From assembly GCA_045047115.1 (NCBI GenBank), contig JASFYR010000012.1, positions 27,337 through 91,336 on the forward strand: a stretch of DNA of 64,000 nt. Reading direction: 5' to 3'. Source of the DNA: Sulfurospirillum sp. Its GTDB lineage: Bacteria; Campylobacterota; Campylobacteria; Campylobacterales; Sulfurospirillaceae. The translations under genes were made by a program, and so were the position numbers. The first letter of the stretch is position 1; every line of letters starts with the position of its first letter. The notes beneath the pieces are model-generated. The model worked only from the letters and a program-made list of their open reading frames with translations, searched no databases and was not told where the DNA came from. Of the stretch, positions 19,097 to 29,851 are shown in pieces.

Positions 19097-19844
19097 CGAA
19101 AGAGTGATATACGACGATGGAGAGCATAAGTGCGTGATTTTTAGTTATGACAATGAAGAGGTAGAAGACAGCTTTTTGGCCGTAAATCAGTATCTTATAG
19201 TGCAAAATAGATCAGCGATACTGATAGACCCCGGAAGCATGTCTGTATATGATGAGGTGTATGACGGTGTTTCAAAGTATGTTGATATAGATGATTTAAA
19301 GTATATTTTTTACTCTCACCAAGATCCGGATGTTGCCGGTTCTATCGGGCGTTGGTCTGTGAGTTGTGGTGCAAAACAGGTGGTTTCAAAACTGTGGGTC
19401 AGGTTTATGAGTCACTATGGTCTTATGAATTTTAATAAGTTGTTGACTCTTGAAGATAAGGGAGCAAAGATACATTTTGGCAAGGACTATTTGCAGTTCA
19501 TCCCTGCACATTTTTTGCATAGTCCGGGAAATTTTTCACTGTATGACAGCCACTCAAAGATACTTTTCAGCGGAGACATAGGTGCTAGCATTACTGAAAG
19601 GTATGGTGCAAATATGCTAGAGGCTGATTTTGACGAGATAAAAGAGAACATGGAGGCTTTTCACAAAAGATATATGGCCGGCAATACATTTTGTCGCTCT
19701 TGGGTTCAAAAAGTAAAAAAACTGGATGTGCAGACTATGGCACCTCAACACGGCTCTTTGCTTAGTGGTGATGAGTATCTGAAATTTCTCTCTTGGTTTG
19801 AAAATTTAGAGTGTGGAGGGGACTTGGTGGAGCAGATATACTGA
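19089..19844 (+). CDS. MBL-fold oxygen-binding di-iron protein (ODP / FprA-like, lacking flavodoxin)
   Basis: NQYLI, IDPG, SHQDPD, AHFLHSPGNF, FSGDIGA, APQHG. Confidence 0.85.
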   Translation: MNNERVIYDDGEHKCVIFSYDNEEVEDSFLAVNQYLIVQNRSAILIDPGSMSVYDEVYDGVSKYVDIDDLKYIFYSHQDPDVAGSIGRWSVSCGAKQVVSKLWVRFMSHYGLMNFNKLLTLEDKGAKIHFGKDYLQFIPAHFLHSPGNFSLYDSHSKILFSGDIGASITERYGANMLEADFDEIKENMEAFHKRYMAGNTFCRSWVQKVKKLDVQTMAPQHGSLLSGDEYLKFLSWFENLECGGDLVEQIY

Positions 19845-20704
19845 TGAAAAAATCAAAGATATATCATCTTTTAGTTCTGTTTTTATCACTGTTTTTGTTA
19901 TCTGGATGTAGTCATAAAACACAAAAACCCATGATTTTAGCAGCAAATTTATGGATTGGCTATGCACCACTGTATTATGCCTATGAAAAAGGGTGGCTTA
20001 GAGAAAATAACATAAAGTTTGTTGCAACAATTTCACTCTCTCAGAGTCTAAAATACTTTAAAAAAGGCTCTATTGATATTTGTGCCGGTACGAACTATGA
20101 GTTCATGAAAGCAAAAGAGGTTTTTAGTGATGTAGAGGCAGTCAAGTTACTCGATATATCTAAAGGCGGGGATTTGATACTTGGCAATGCAGATATAAAA
20201 AAACTAAAACAGAGCCCTAAAATAGATGCTTATTTGGAAGGAAACGGTATCAGCACACTACTTTTGGAAAAATTTATAGCAAAATACAGACTTAATAAAA
20301 ATAAGATAAAATTTATAAATCAAAGATTGGATGTAACTGCCAATATGAATATGAGACAGATACCTACTTTAGCAGCACTCTATAAGCCTTATGATGCAAA
20401 TTTAAGAAAAAAAGGATACAAGGGTCATAGCAAAACGGCTAAGAGTTTGAAATTTCTCGTCTATGATGTACTCTTTATCTCCAAAAAAAGAGCATCAAAC
20501 TATAAAAAAGATATCCGTATGCTAGATATTTTGTTTCAAAAAGCACTACATGCACTAAAAAACAACCCCAAAGAGTTCTATATGACTATAAACCCATATT
20601 TTCATTACCAAAACTATGGTAAGTTTAAAAAGGATTTGACATCTATATCTTTTAAAAGCAGCAAAAAATTGGAAGATTTGGTTTTGGCAGGAAATCAAAA
20701 ATGA
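19844..20704 (+). CDS. SsuA/NMT1-like substrate-binding lipoprotein
   Basis: LSGC lipobox; WIGYAPLYYA..KG and D.S.GGD motifs. Confidence 0.8.
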   Translation: MKKSKIYHLLVLFLSLFLLSGCSHKTQKPMILAANLWIGYAPLYYAYEKGWLRENNIKFVATISLSQSLKYFKKGSIDICAGTNYEFMKAKEVFSDVEAVKLLDISKGGDLILGNADIKKLKQSPKIDAYLEGNGISTLLLEKFIAKYRLNKNKIKFINQRLDVTANMNMRQIPTLAALYKPYDANLRKKGYKGHSKTAKSLKFLVYDVLFISKKRASNYKKDIRMLDILFQKALHALKNNPKEFYMTINPYFHYQNYGKFKKDLTSISFKSSKKLEDLVLAGNQK

Positions 20705-22722
20705 AATTAAGACACAAAGTAACTCTCATCGTATCTATTATCTCAATTTTATCTATAGTGTTTATGATAGCTCTGTACTCTATGTTTTTATTTCAAGAAA
20801 AGATAAAAGAGACAAAAAGCAGACTTGTGCAAAACAGTAAGGATTTGACATTTAATATACAGAGCAATCTGCTTGGAGCTTTGGATGTTGTCAAAACACT
20901 TCAAAGTGCCTATGTGGTAAAAAATTATCTGCTTCAAAGTGATAAGAACTATTCAAATATGGATGACAAGAGAAGAGAAGAAAAGATAAAAAGACTAAAC
21001 AGAAGATGGATGAATGCCATAGATAAAAATGACCCATTTGTGCAAAAGTACATAAACAACAAACTCTCTTCTTATCTAAGAGTCCAAAAAGAGGTACTTC
21101 CCGGTGTCTATGGAGAGATATTTGTAACCAATAAATATGGTGCTATGATAGCTACGACCGATAAACTCACTACTTTGGCACATGCTCAAAAATACTGGTG
21201 GAAAGAGTGCTATGACTATGGAGCCGGAAAAGTATTTTTTGATGACAGAGGTTTTGATGAGAGTGTGGGAGGGTATGTACTAGGCATCGTGGTCCCCATC
21301 AAAAAAGATGGAGAGATTATAGGCATCTTAAAAGCAAATATAAATGTGCAGGCTCTTTTAGAGGGTGTGGTAAAAAAATACAATCAACAAAAAGAGAGTG
21401 TTGCAAAAGTTGTCAGATCAAAAGGCCTGGTTGTGTATGAAGAAAACCTGCCACCACTTAGTACCAGGATTTCACCGGATATTGTCAAATTGATAAAAAA
21501 ACAAAAAGAAGGTATCGCCACTCTTAAAGTTTATGATAGTGTTAAATTAGTATCCTACTCTCCGCTAAGGGTATCATTGGATAATGAAAATATAACTTTT
21601 GGAGGTAAAAAAAGAAGTGTAGATCATCTCTTGGGCAATGATGGCGAGATATGGTATATGGTTATAAGTAAAAGTATAAATTCCATATATTCAGAAGTGG
21701 GTAGTGCTGCACATGAGATAATATATCTCAGTCTCTTGTTTATTGTTTTTCTGTCTTTATTGATCTTTTTTGTGATTCACAGGATGAGCGTTCCCATACA
21801 TAAGCTTTCCATCGCTGTAAATCAGATCACCAAAGGCAACAGAGATGTGGATATAGATGTTAAAAGCAATGATGAGGTAGGTGAGTTGGCGCAATCATTT
21901 AAAAAAATGTTGGAAAATTTAGATAAAACCACAGCTTCAAGAGATGAACTAAAAGCTGAAATACAAAAGAGAATAGAGATACAAAAAGAGCTCAAAAGAA
22001 AAGATGAGATTCTCGTAGCCCAATCAAAACAGGCAGCCATGGGAGAGATGATAGGCATGATAGCCCATCAGTGGAGACAACCTATCAGTGTTATCTCAAT
22101 GAGTGTAAATAACATCTTGATAGATATGGAGTTAGACGAGTTGAAAGAGGAAAATGTAAGAGAGTGCTCAAGCGAAATACTCAATGAAACAAAACACCTA
22201 TCTCAGACCATAGATGATTTTAGAAACTTTTTCAAGCCAAATAAAAAAAAAGAGACGGTTTTGGTGCAAGAACTCTATGATGATGTCTATAAGTTGGTTT
22301 GGAAATTTTTTGAAAACAATGGTATAGAGTTGATTTTTTCAGGAGATAGAGATATAAAAATATATACATTTGGCAGAGAGCTTTTGCAGGTATTTATAAA
22401 TATCCTAAACAACGCAAAAGATGCATTTGCAGGATCTTCTGTAGAAAATAAAAAGGTACTTGTCTCTGCATGTAGGAAAAAAGATGATGTTCTTTTTGAG
22501 TTTTGTGATAATGCAGGAGGAGTTAAAGAGGAGATTATGGGAAGAATCTTTGAGCCGTATTTTAGTACCAAAGATGAAAAAAATGGTACAGGACTGGGTC
22601 TGTATATGAGTAAGACGATAATAGAAAAACATCTCTTAGGCAGAATTTGGGTGGAAAACAGAGATAAAGGAGCCTGCTTTATGATAGAGTTACCGACTAA
22701 TTTAGGGGAAAACAGTGAGTAA
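20701..22722 (+). CDS. Cache-HAMP sensor histidine kinase
   Basis: Two TM segments, HAMP (DEVGELA), IAHQWRQP, DNAGG, GTGLGLY. Confidence 0.93.
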   Translation: MKLRHKVTLIVSIISILSIVFMIALYSMFLFQEKIKETKSRLVQNSKDLTFNIQSNLLGALDVVKTLQSAYVVKNYLLQSDKNYSNMDDKRREEKIKRLNRRWMNAIDKNDPFVQKYINNKLSSYLRVQKEVLPGVYGEIFVTNKYGAMIATTDKLTTLAHAQKYWWKECYDYGAGKVFFDDRGFDESVGGYVLGIVVPIKKDGEIIGILKANINVQALLEGVVKKYNQQKESVAKVVRSKGLVVYEENLPPLSTRISPDIVKLIKKQKEGIATLKVYDSVKLVSYSPLRVSLDNENITFGGKKRSVDHLLGNDGEIWYMVISKSINSIYSEVGSAAHEIIYLSLLFIVFLSLLIFFVIHRMSVPIHKLSIAVNQITKGNRDVDIDVKSNDEVGELAQSFKKMLENLDKTTASRDELKAEIQKRIEIQKELKRKDEILVAQSKQAAMGEMIGMIAHQWRQPISVISMSVNNILIDMELDELKEENVRECSSEILNETKHLSQTIDDFRNFFKPNKKKETVLVQELYDDVYKLVWKFFENNGIELIFSGDRDIKIYTFGRELLQVFINILNNAKDAFAGSSVENKKVLVSACRKKDDVLFEFCDNAGGVKEEIMGRIFEPYFSTKDEKNGTGLGLYMSKTIIEKHLLGRIWVENRDKGACFMIELPTNLGENSE

Positions 22723-24202
22723 TCTAGAAGAGTTAAAACAGATATGTAAAGACTTTTCAGTTTTGTATGTAGAAGACGAAGAGAGGCTGAGAATTAGAGT
22801 ATGTGCATACCTGTCAAAATTTTTTAAGTTGGTTGATGTGGCAGAAGACGGCAAAGAGGGTATGGATAGATATAAAAATGGACTCTATGATATAGTCATA
22901 ACCGATATATCAATGCCAAAAATGGATGGCCTGGATATGTCTTGTGAGATAAAAAAGATAAACAAAAATCAAAAAATCATAATAGTCTCTGCGTATTCAG
23001 ACAGTGAAAATTTTCTAAAATCCATAAAAATTGGTATAGACGGATATATACTAAAGCCTTTTGACTATATTCAGATAAATGAAGTTCTATATAAAGTTGT
23101 AAAAACCATCAAAGAGTCAAAAGAGAATGAAATGTTCAAAAACAGACTTTTAGAGATGGTTCATGCCAAGATTAAAGAAAACAGAGAGTTGGAAAAGGCA
23201 AAAGAGAATAACTATAGAGATACACTATATACACTTGTGGATTTGATTGAACAAAGAGACACATACACAGGAGGTCACTCCCAAAGAGTCGCAAAGTATT
23301 GTAAAATGATAGCCAAACAGTTAAGATTGGGCAAAAAAGATATCGACGATCTATATGAAGCAGGTATTTTACATGATATAGGAAAGGTAGCTATACCCGA
23401 CAGTGTGCTCTTAAAACCGGGAAAACTAAACGACATAGAGTACACTCTGATAAAAAAACATGTAGAGATAGGGTACAATGTTTTAGTAAGATCACCGATG
23501 TTTAAGGATATAGCAAAGATCATCAAAGAGCACCATGAAAGGATAGACGGAAGTGGTTATCCAAATGGTTTGCGAGGGAATGAGCTTAGTTTGCACGGTA
23601 AGATTATGACAGTTGCAGATTCGTTTGATGCGATGACAACAAACAGAATCTACCAAGCCAAAAAAGAGCCTTCCGAGGCGCTAGAAGAGATAAAATCTTT
23701 AAGCGGTATCAAGTTTGATATCAAGGTCGTAGATGCAACGCTTGTTGCACTTAAAGATGTGAGTATCGAACAAAATATAAGCCAATTGCCTACTGATGAG
23801 ATGGAAAAAGAGAGATTTTCATACTTTTACAAAGATCAATTGACACAGGCATACAATAAAAACTATCTGGATTTGGTTTTAAATCAAAAAAGCTTTATGG
23901 AGGTATTTAAGGTATTAAATATCCTGTTTTTGAAGAACTTTAGCGCTTACAATAAAAAATATGGCTGGATAAAGGGAGATATTTTTCTTAAAAGTATAGC
24001 CGAGATTTTAATCAAAAATTATCCGGAATCATTGGTTTTCAGGTTTCAAGGAGATGACTTTATAGTGCTGAACTCTAAAGGAATTGATTTTCAAGATGCG
24101 TACAAGCAGTGTAAGGAAAATATGATAAAATGTTCACACATGCAAATCGATCTTCAAGCGGAAAATATTACTTCGGTAAAATCTTTAGGAGAATTTATAT
24201 GA
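22715..24202 (+). CDS. REC plus HD-GYP phosphodiesterase plus degenerate GGDEF
   Basis: TDISMP; HDIGK, HHERIDGSGYP, ADSFDAM; C-terminal FRFQGDDF. Confidence 0.9.
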   Translation: MSNLEELKQICKDFSVLYVEDEERLRIRVCAYLSKFFKLVDVAEDGKEGMDRYKNGLYDIVITDISMPKMDGLDMSCEIKKINKNQKIIIVSAYSDSENFLKSIKIGIDGYILKPFDYIQINEVLYKVVKTIKESKENEMFKNRLLEMVHAKIKENRELEKAKENNYRDTLYTLVDLIEQRDTYTGGHSQRVAKYCKMIAKQLRLGKKDIDDLYEAGILHDIGKVAIPDSVLLKPGKLNDIEYTLIKKHVEIGYNVLVRSPMFKDIAKIIKEHHERIDGSGYPNGLRGNELSLHGKIMTVADSFDAMTTNRIYQAKKEPSEALEEIKSLSGIKFDIKVVDATLVALKDVSIEQNISQLPTDEMEKERFSYFYKDQLTQAYNKNYLDLVLNQKSFMEVFKVLNILFLKNFSAYNKKYGWIKGDIFLKSIAEILIKNYPESLVFRFQGDDFIVLNSKGIDFQDAYKQCKENMIKCSHMQIDLQAENITSVKSLGEFI

Positions 24203-25068
24203 TAAAAACAGTATTTTTAAATGGTGAGTATATGTCAGAGGATAAGGCAAAAGTCTCTATATTTGACAGAGGTTTTATCTTTGGTGACGGTGTTTATGAG
24301 GTAGTGCCGGTTGTAGAGAGTATAGTGCTTGATAAAGAGCCATTTCTACAGAGGTTTGAACGAAGTCTAGGTGAGATGGAGCTTGAGTGGCCGATGAGTA
24401 AAGAGGAGTTTTTGGTGATGATCGATGAGATTATCAAAAGAAATGAGATCAAAGAGGGAGGAGTCTATATGCAAGTTACCCGTGGTGTTGCTCCTCGTGA
24501 TTTTGCCTATCCAAAAGATATAACTCCTACTGTGATGGCTTTTGGGTTTAAAAAAGAGATACTTAACTCACCGCTTGCAAAAAGCGGCATCAAAGTAGTT
24601 ACGGTTGATGATATAAGGTGGAAAAGAAGAGATATCAAATCTATAGCACTTCTTGGTCAATGCATGGCAAAAGAGCAGGCAGCAAAAAAAGGTGCATATG
24701 AGGGATGGATGGTAGAAGACGGCTTTGTGACAGAGGGCACCTCATCGACCGCTTATATAGTAAAAGATGGCAAAATTATCACAAGGCCACTCTCAAACTC
24801 TATACTCTCAGGTATAAGAAGAAAACTATTGATAGAGATTGCCAAAGAGCACGGAGTCGAGCTTGAGCAGAGATTTTTTAGTGTTACAGAGGCACTGGAA
24901 GCTGATGAGGCATTTCTCTCAAGTGCTACGACATTTGTCTTGCCTATCATTGAGATAGACGGCAAACAGATAGGCGACGGCAAACCAGGACCGATAACCA
25001 AAAAGATGAGACAGATGTATATAGACTCTGCTCTAAAAATAGCTGGAATTACTGTAGGGCATCTCTAA
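24199..25068 (+). CDS. dat: D-amino-acid aminotransferase (PLP class IV)
   Basis: DRGFIFGDGVYEV, YMQVTRGVAPR, RWKRRDIKS, TEGTSS, ILSGI. Confidence 0.9.
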   Translation: MIKTVFLNGEYMSEDKAKVSIFDRGFIFGDGVYEVVPVVESIVLDKEPFLQRFERSLGEMELEWPMSKEEFLVMIDEIIKRNEIKEGGVYMQVTRGVAPRDFAYPKDITPTVMAFGFKKEILNSPLAKSGIKVVTVDDIRWKRRDIKSIALLGQCMAKEQAAKKGAYEGWMVEDGFVTEGTSSTAYIVKDGKIITRPLSNSILSGIRRKLLIEIAKEHGVELEQRFFSVTEALEADEAFLSSATTFVLPIIEIDGKQIGDGKPGPITKKMRQMYIDSALKIAGITVGHL

Positions 25069-25071
25069 AAA

Positions 25072-25908
25072 CTATTTTGGCAAAGTGGCGCGATTTAAGG
25101 CTGAGAGTATCTCCTCTTCAGTGTGCCACTCCTTGCCATCAACTGTTTTTTCATTTTTGCCGGTAAGACCGTCTATGCAACCAAGGCTTAAAATATGTTC
25201 CATATACTCTTCAACCTCCTCTATGGTCGGAAGTAACTTTTTTCTTGTGAAAAATTGCAAATAAGCGATAAAACCATAAGCACCCCAGTTTGATACTGAT
25301 GCGATGATGGGGTAGTCACACTCAACCACACAGGGCTCTACATGTAGAGTGTTCTTTATAAATTCTTTGAAGTTTCCCATACCTATTTCATTTCCGCCGT
25401 CACCTATGGCAAAAGTGGGCGCACTCTTCTTTGCCTGTATAAAAAGTTCATCTAAAGGAGCGGTAAACTCACCGATGTCAATGCCTTTTGAGTTGAGATA
25501 CTTTCCATCTCTATTTTGCCCTGGTCTCTCTATGGAGATATGGCATATGGGATTGTACTCTTTTAGGATTTGTTTATTCTCTTTTTTCTTTGTTCCGCTA
25601 AGTGGCATATATAAAGGGGTTATATCTTTAAAATACTCCAAGCAGTATCTGTCACTCACTATGACTGGTTTGTATCCTAGTTTTTCCAGCGCCATTGCCA
25701 AAAAGTAAGTTCCCACTGGCCCATCAGTTTCAGCGTGACCCCCGACATAAAATCCGGTATATAAAAAGATTGTTCCACTCTCAAGTTCAAGAAAATTCTC
25801 CACCGCTTTTCTACAAAACTGAGTTTCGGGATACTCTTTTTGTATAAGATCCATACCCCTTGTGGAGTAACTAAGTATGATTTTATCTACTGTTTTATTG
25901 TTTTTCAT
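25072..25908 (-). CDS. DUF4392 protein (D-glutamate cyclase C-terminal-like)
   Basis: TGF..ETDGPVG, SIERPG, IGDGGNEIGMG, ASVSNWGAY, VDG. Confidence 0.87.
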   Translation of the reverse strand: MKNNKTVDKIILSYSTRGMDLIQKEYPETQFCRKAVENFLELESGTIFLYTGFYVGGHAETDGPVGTYFLAMALEKLGYKPVIVSDRYCLEYFKDITPLYMPLSGTKKKENKQILKEYNPICHISIERPGQNRDGKYLNSKGIDIGEFTAPLDELFIQAKKSAPTFAIGDGGNEIGMGNFKEFIKNTLHVEPCVVECDYPIIASVSNWGAYGFIAYLQFFTRKKLLPTIEEVEEYMEHILSLGCIDGLTGKNEKTVDGKEWHTEEEILSALNRATLPK

Positions 25909-25963
25909 GGTGGATTATTCTATAATTAAAAAGCTTAAAAACAACTACAGACAAGGAAGTAAA

Positions 25964-26731
25964 ATGCAAGCAAAAGAGTTAAGAGCCAAAATCGCAAAGG
26001 GTGAGTTTGTAAAACCGACTGCAGGGTATTGTGAAGGATTTGTACAGGCAAATATGTTTGTTATACCAAAAGAGCATGCCAAAAGTTTTGAAGAGTTTGC
26101 TAAACAGAACTCCAAAGCTATGCCACTTTTGGAAGTTGTAAAAAACGGATTCCACGCAAAAAACCTGGCTGAGGGTGCAAATCTCTTAAATGAACTACCA
26201 CTGTATAATATCATCGAAAACGGAAAAGTAACAAAACAGGTCCAAAGTATAGAAGAATACTATAGTAAAGATTTGGTTTTTTTTCTTATAGGGTGTAGTT
26301 TTACTTTCGAGACCTCTTTATTGAAAGCGGGCATAAATCTAAGGCATGTAGAGCAAAATGTCAATGTCTCGATGTATAGTACAAATATAAAATTAAATCC
26401 TGTTGGCATCTGGAGAGGAGATATGGTTGTCTCTATGCGTCCAATCGCAAAAGAGAGAGTAGCTGATGCCTGCGTGGTGACGAGCCACTATCCAAATATG
26501 CACGGAACTCCCATACAAGTAGGCTATCCCGAGATGATAGGCATAAAAGATATAAACAAACCCGAATACGGTGATCCTGTAGAGATAAAAAAAGATGAAA
26601 TCCCACTCTTTTGGCCCTGTGGCGTGACACCTCAAAATGCCCTGCTGGATGTCAAACTTCCTTTTGCCATCACTCACGCACCCGGACATATGTTTGTCTC
26701 AGATAGAAAAGATGAGGAGTTTTATGTTTAG
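25964..26731 (+). CDS. DUF1445 putative hydro-lyase / D-glutamate cyclase
   Basis: TAGY..GFVQAN, IGCSFTFE, VSMY.TN, VVSMRP, HGTP, FWPCGVTPQ, ITHAPGHMF. Confidence 0.92.
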   Translation: MQAKELRAKIAKGEFVKPTAGYCEGFVQANMFVIPKEHAKSFEEFAKQNSKAMPLLEVVKNGFHAKNLAEGANLLNELPLYNIIENGKVTKQVQSIEEYYSKDLVFFLIGCSFTFETSLLKAGINLRHVEQNVNVSMYSTNIKLNPVGIWRGDMVVSMRPIAKERVADACVVTSHYPNMHGTPIQVGYPEMIGIKDINKPEYGDPVEIKKDEIPLFWPCGVTPQNALLDVKLPFAITHAPGHMFVSDRKDEEFYV

Positions 26732-26959
26732 TAAATTGATGGTAGAAATGTAGTTAAAAAAGGTACAAAAGTTATCAAAAGCAGATCAAAGATCATGATA
26801 AGCAAAAAGAGATCTATCGCCAACAAAAAGCATACTTGAGAGTATGGATGGGGGAAATAAACAAAGAACACTCTTTTTAGAAGAGGTAATCTGGCACTTT
26901 TGGGCACAGTAACATTTTTAAACTCTTGAAGTACCGTAAAATAGGGGTTTGAAGTGTAG

Positions 26960-27049
26960 TGGCCGGGAGAAGGAGATTCGAACTCCTGGAGGTGTTACCC
27001 TCGCCGGTTTTCAAGACCGGTGCATTAAACCAAGCTCTGCCATCTCCCG
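26960..27049 (-). tRNA. tRNA-Ser(TGA)
   Basis: CGGGAGA/TCTCCCG acceptor; CCGGT-ctTGAaa-ACCGG; long variable arm; CCA. Confidence 0.96.
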
Positions 27050-27130
27050 ACAATGTTAAAAGTGAGTTCTGATATAAAAATCAAAACAAAAAAGATTCTT
27101 AATAAACCAAACACCAAATTCTCGACAATA

Positions 27131-27205
27131 TGGAGGCGACACCCGGATTCGAACCGGGGATCAGAGCTTTGCAGGCTCCTGCCTTAGCCACTTGGCTATG
27201 TCGCC
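27131..27205 (-). tRNA. tRNA-Cys(GCA)
   Basis: GGCGACA/TGTCGCC acceptor; ctGCAaa loop; TCCA end. Confidence 0.97.
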
Positions 27206-27232
27206 ATCTCAAAGCCTATCCAAATTATCTGG

Positions 27233-27320
27233 TGGTGCCCGGAGCCGGACTTGAACCGGCACGCTCGCAATGAGCGAGGGATTTTAAGTCCCTTGCGTCT
27301 ACCAATTCCGCCATCCGGGC
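27233..27320 (-). tRNA. tRNA-Leu(TAA)
   Basis: GCCCGGA/TCCGGGC acceptor; ctTAAaa loop; long variable arm; ACCA. Confidence 0.97.
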
Positions 27321-27353
27321 AAACGACTATCAAATTTCTCTTTTTAAAATAAA

Positions 27354-27428
<75 letters not shown>

Positions 27429-27534
27429 ATTTAAAAATGAGACGAAATTATATCAATTATTTGCTAAAATGTAAAGGGTTAAAATAGTATAAAGCACTAA
27501 AAGCTTATAATTACAGAAAAATTAAAGGAAAACC

Positions 27535-29220
27535 ATGCGTAGTGATCAAGTAAAAAAAGGTTATGACAGGGCACCTCACAGGAGCTTGTTTCGTGCAACA
27601 GGAGTTAAAAATGAGGATTTTGACAAGCCGTTTATCGGCGTGGCAAACTCTTTTATAGAGATTATTCCCGGACACTTCTTTTTGAACAAATATGGTGAAA
27701 TTATTAAAGATGAGATAAGAAAAAATGGTTGTATTCCTTTTGAGTTTAATACTATCGGTGTAGATGATGGTATCGCTATGGGTCATGATGGTATGCTCTA
27801 CTCTCTTCCAAGTCGTGAGCTTATCGCTAACTCTATAGAGACTGTTATGAATGCACACAAACTTGATGCGATGATATGTATGCCAAATTGCGATAAGATA
27901 ATCCCCGGTATGATTATGGGAGCTCTTAGAGTAAATGTTCCGACTGTTTTTGTCAGCGGAGGACCTATGAAAAAAGGCTACATAAAAAATGGTCAGCCGA
28001 TAGACTTAGCAACTGCTTTTGAAGCAGTAGGACAGTTTGAAAAAGGTGACATCACAGAGGATGAACTCACAGAGATAGAGTGCAATGCCTGCCCAAGTGG
28101 TGGAAGTTGCTCAGGAATGTTTACTGCAAACAGCATGAATACCCTGATGGAAGCCATGGGCATAGCACTCCCGGGAAATGGCACTATCCCTGCTCTTACT
28201 CCCCAGAGAGAAGTGCTTATACGAAAAGCTGCAAAAAGAGTTTGTGAGATAGCGCTTGATGAAAAGTTTAACTTTAGAAATATACTAAATGAAAATGCAG
28301 TAAGAAATGCTTTTGCTATAGATATGGCTATGGGCGGAAGTACAAATACGGTCCTTCACATGTTGGCGATAGCAAAAGAAGCAGGTGTAAACTTCAATAT
28401 AGCAGACATCAATGCTATCAGCAAAAAAGTTTCTCATATAGCAAAAATTTCTCCATCTCTGCCAAATATTCATATGGAAGATATAGATAGGGCCGGTGGT
28501 GTAAATGCCGTGATGAGCGAAATTGGCAAGATGAATACAGATGCTCTGCATGTAGATAATCTGACAGTTACAGGGGAGAGTATAGGCGAGAGAATAGCTA
28601 ATTCACCTATCATAGACGAGAGTGTTATACATTCACTTGCCAACTCGTACTCTAAGGTTGGAGGCCTGGCTATACTGTTTGGCAATCTGGCAGAAGAAGG
28701 CTGTGTCATTAAGACTGCAGGCATAGTGGGCGAGAGAACTTATAGAGGAAAAGCAGTTTGTTTTGATTCTCAACAAGAGGCGATAGCAGGCATAGTAGGT
28801 GGAAAAGTAAAAAAAGGTGATGTAGCAGTCATCAGATACGAGGGTCCAAGAGGCGGTCCTGGTATGCAAGAGATGTTGAGCCCGACAAGTTTGGTCATGG
28901 GTATGGGGCTTGGTGCCGATGTTGCGCTTATAACAGACGGAAGATTTAGTGGGGCAACAAGGGGTCTAAGCATAGGTCATGTATCTCCTGAAGCTGCTGA
29001 GGGTGGTATGATAGGACTTCTTCAAGACGGAGATATCATACACATAGATGTAGATAAATATATACTTGAAGTTGAACTAAGTGATGAAGAGATAGCAAGA
29101 AGAAAGGCAAATTTCAAGCCAAAAGTAAAAGACATAAAAGGTAGCTGGCTCAAGCAGTATAGACAGCTTGTCAGCAATGCAAGCAACGGTGCGGTTCTGA
29201 AAACGGAATTTGATGACTAA
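27535..29220 (+). CDS. ilvD: Dihydroxy-acid dehydratase
   Basis: [41 protein letters not shown]. Confidence 0.98.
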   Translation: MRSDQVKKGYDRAPHRSLFRATGVKNEDFDKPFIGVANSFIEIIPGHFFLNKYGEIIKDEIRKNGCIPFEFNTIGVDDGIAMGHDGMLYSLPSRELIANSIETVMNAHKLDAMICMPNCDKIIPGMIMGALRVNVPTVFVSGGPMKKGYIKNGQPIDLATAFEAVGQFEKGDITEDELTEIECNACPSGGSCSGMFTANSMNTLMEAMGIALPGNGTIPALTPQREVLIRKAAKRVCEIALDEKFNFRNILNENAVRNAFAIDMAMGGSTNTVLHMLAIAKEAGVNFNIADINAISKKVSHIAKISPSLPNIHMEDIDRAGGVNAVMSEIGKMNTDALHVDNLTVTGESIGERIANSPIIDESVIHSLANSYSKVGGLAILFGNLAEEGCVIKTAGIVGERTYRGKAVCFDSQQEAIAGIVGGKVKKGDVAVIRYEGPRGGPGMQEMLSPTSLVMGMGLGADVALITDGRFSGATRGLSIGHVSPEAAEGGMIGLLQDGDIIHIDVDKYILEVELSDEEIARRKANFKPKVKDIKGSWLKQYRQLVSNASNGAVLKTEFDD

Positions 29221-29851
29221 TTTTTTTGATCTGCTTTTGCAAGATACGATAACCATGATGGCTATAGTTGATCCTTTGGGAGTGAGTGCCATCATGCTCT
29301 CATTGCTTAGTGATAACTCCTCTAAAGAAGAGATATCCAAGATAGCATTAAAATCAACACTTACCATTATCATCGCTTTTTTTGTGGTGTTGGTCAGCGG
29401 AAATTTCTTGCTCAAGCTTTTTGGCATAGAGATAGATTCACTCAAAGTTATGGGTGGAATTGTTTTGCTTTTGATGGCGATAAAGATGGTAAATGGCTAT
29501 ATAGAATCCAAAAATCAGACAAAAGAGGAGAGAGTTGAAGCGAAGGAGCATGAGGATTTTTCTATCATACCGCTGGCGATACCCATAACTTTTGGGCCGG
29601 GAATTTTTGCTACTATACTGATACTGAGAAATCAGAGTGATAGCGTGGCTTCTTTGTCTGCTTTTGTATTAGGATTTCTTATCGTTGCCTTGAGTGTTTA
29701 TCTCTCTTTTAGAAATAGTGTCTATATAAAAAAATACCTTGGAATCACAGGCTCCAAAATCATAACCAGACTTATGGGGCTTATAGTGGGCGCTATTGCT
29801 GTTCAGTTTATAGTCGCGGGATTAAGCGTGCTTGTGAAGGAGTATATGTGA
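29213..29851 (+). CDS. MarC family membrane protein
   Basis: [25 protein letters not shown]. Confidence 0.92.
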   Translation: MTNFFDLLLQDTITMMAIVDPLGVSAIMLSLLSDNSSKEEISKIALKSTLTIIIAFFVVLVSGNFLLKLFGIEIDSLKVMGGIVLLLMAIKMVNGYIESKNQTKEERVEAKEHEDFSIIPLAIPITFGPGIFATILILRNQSDSVASLSAFVLGFLIVALSVYLSFRNSVYIKKYLGITGSKIITRLMGLIVGAIAVQFIVAGLSVLVKEYM

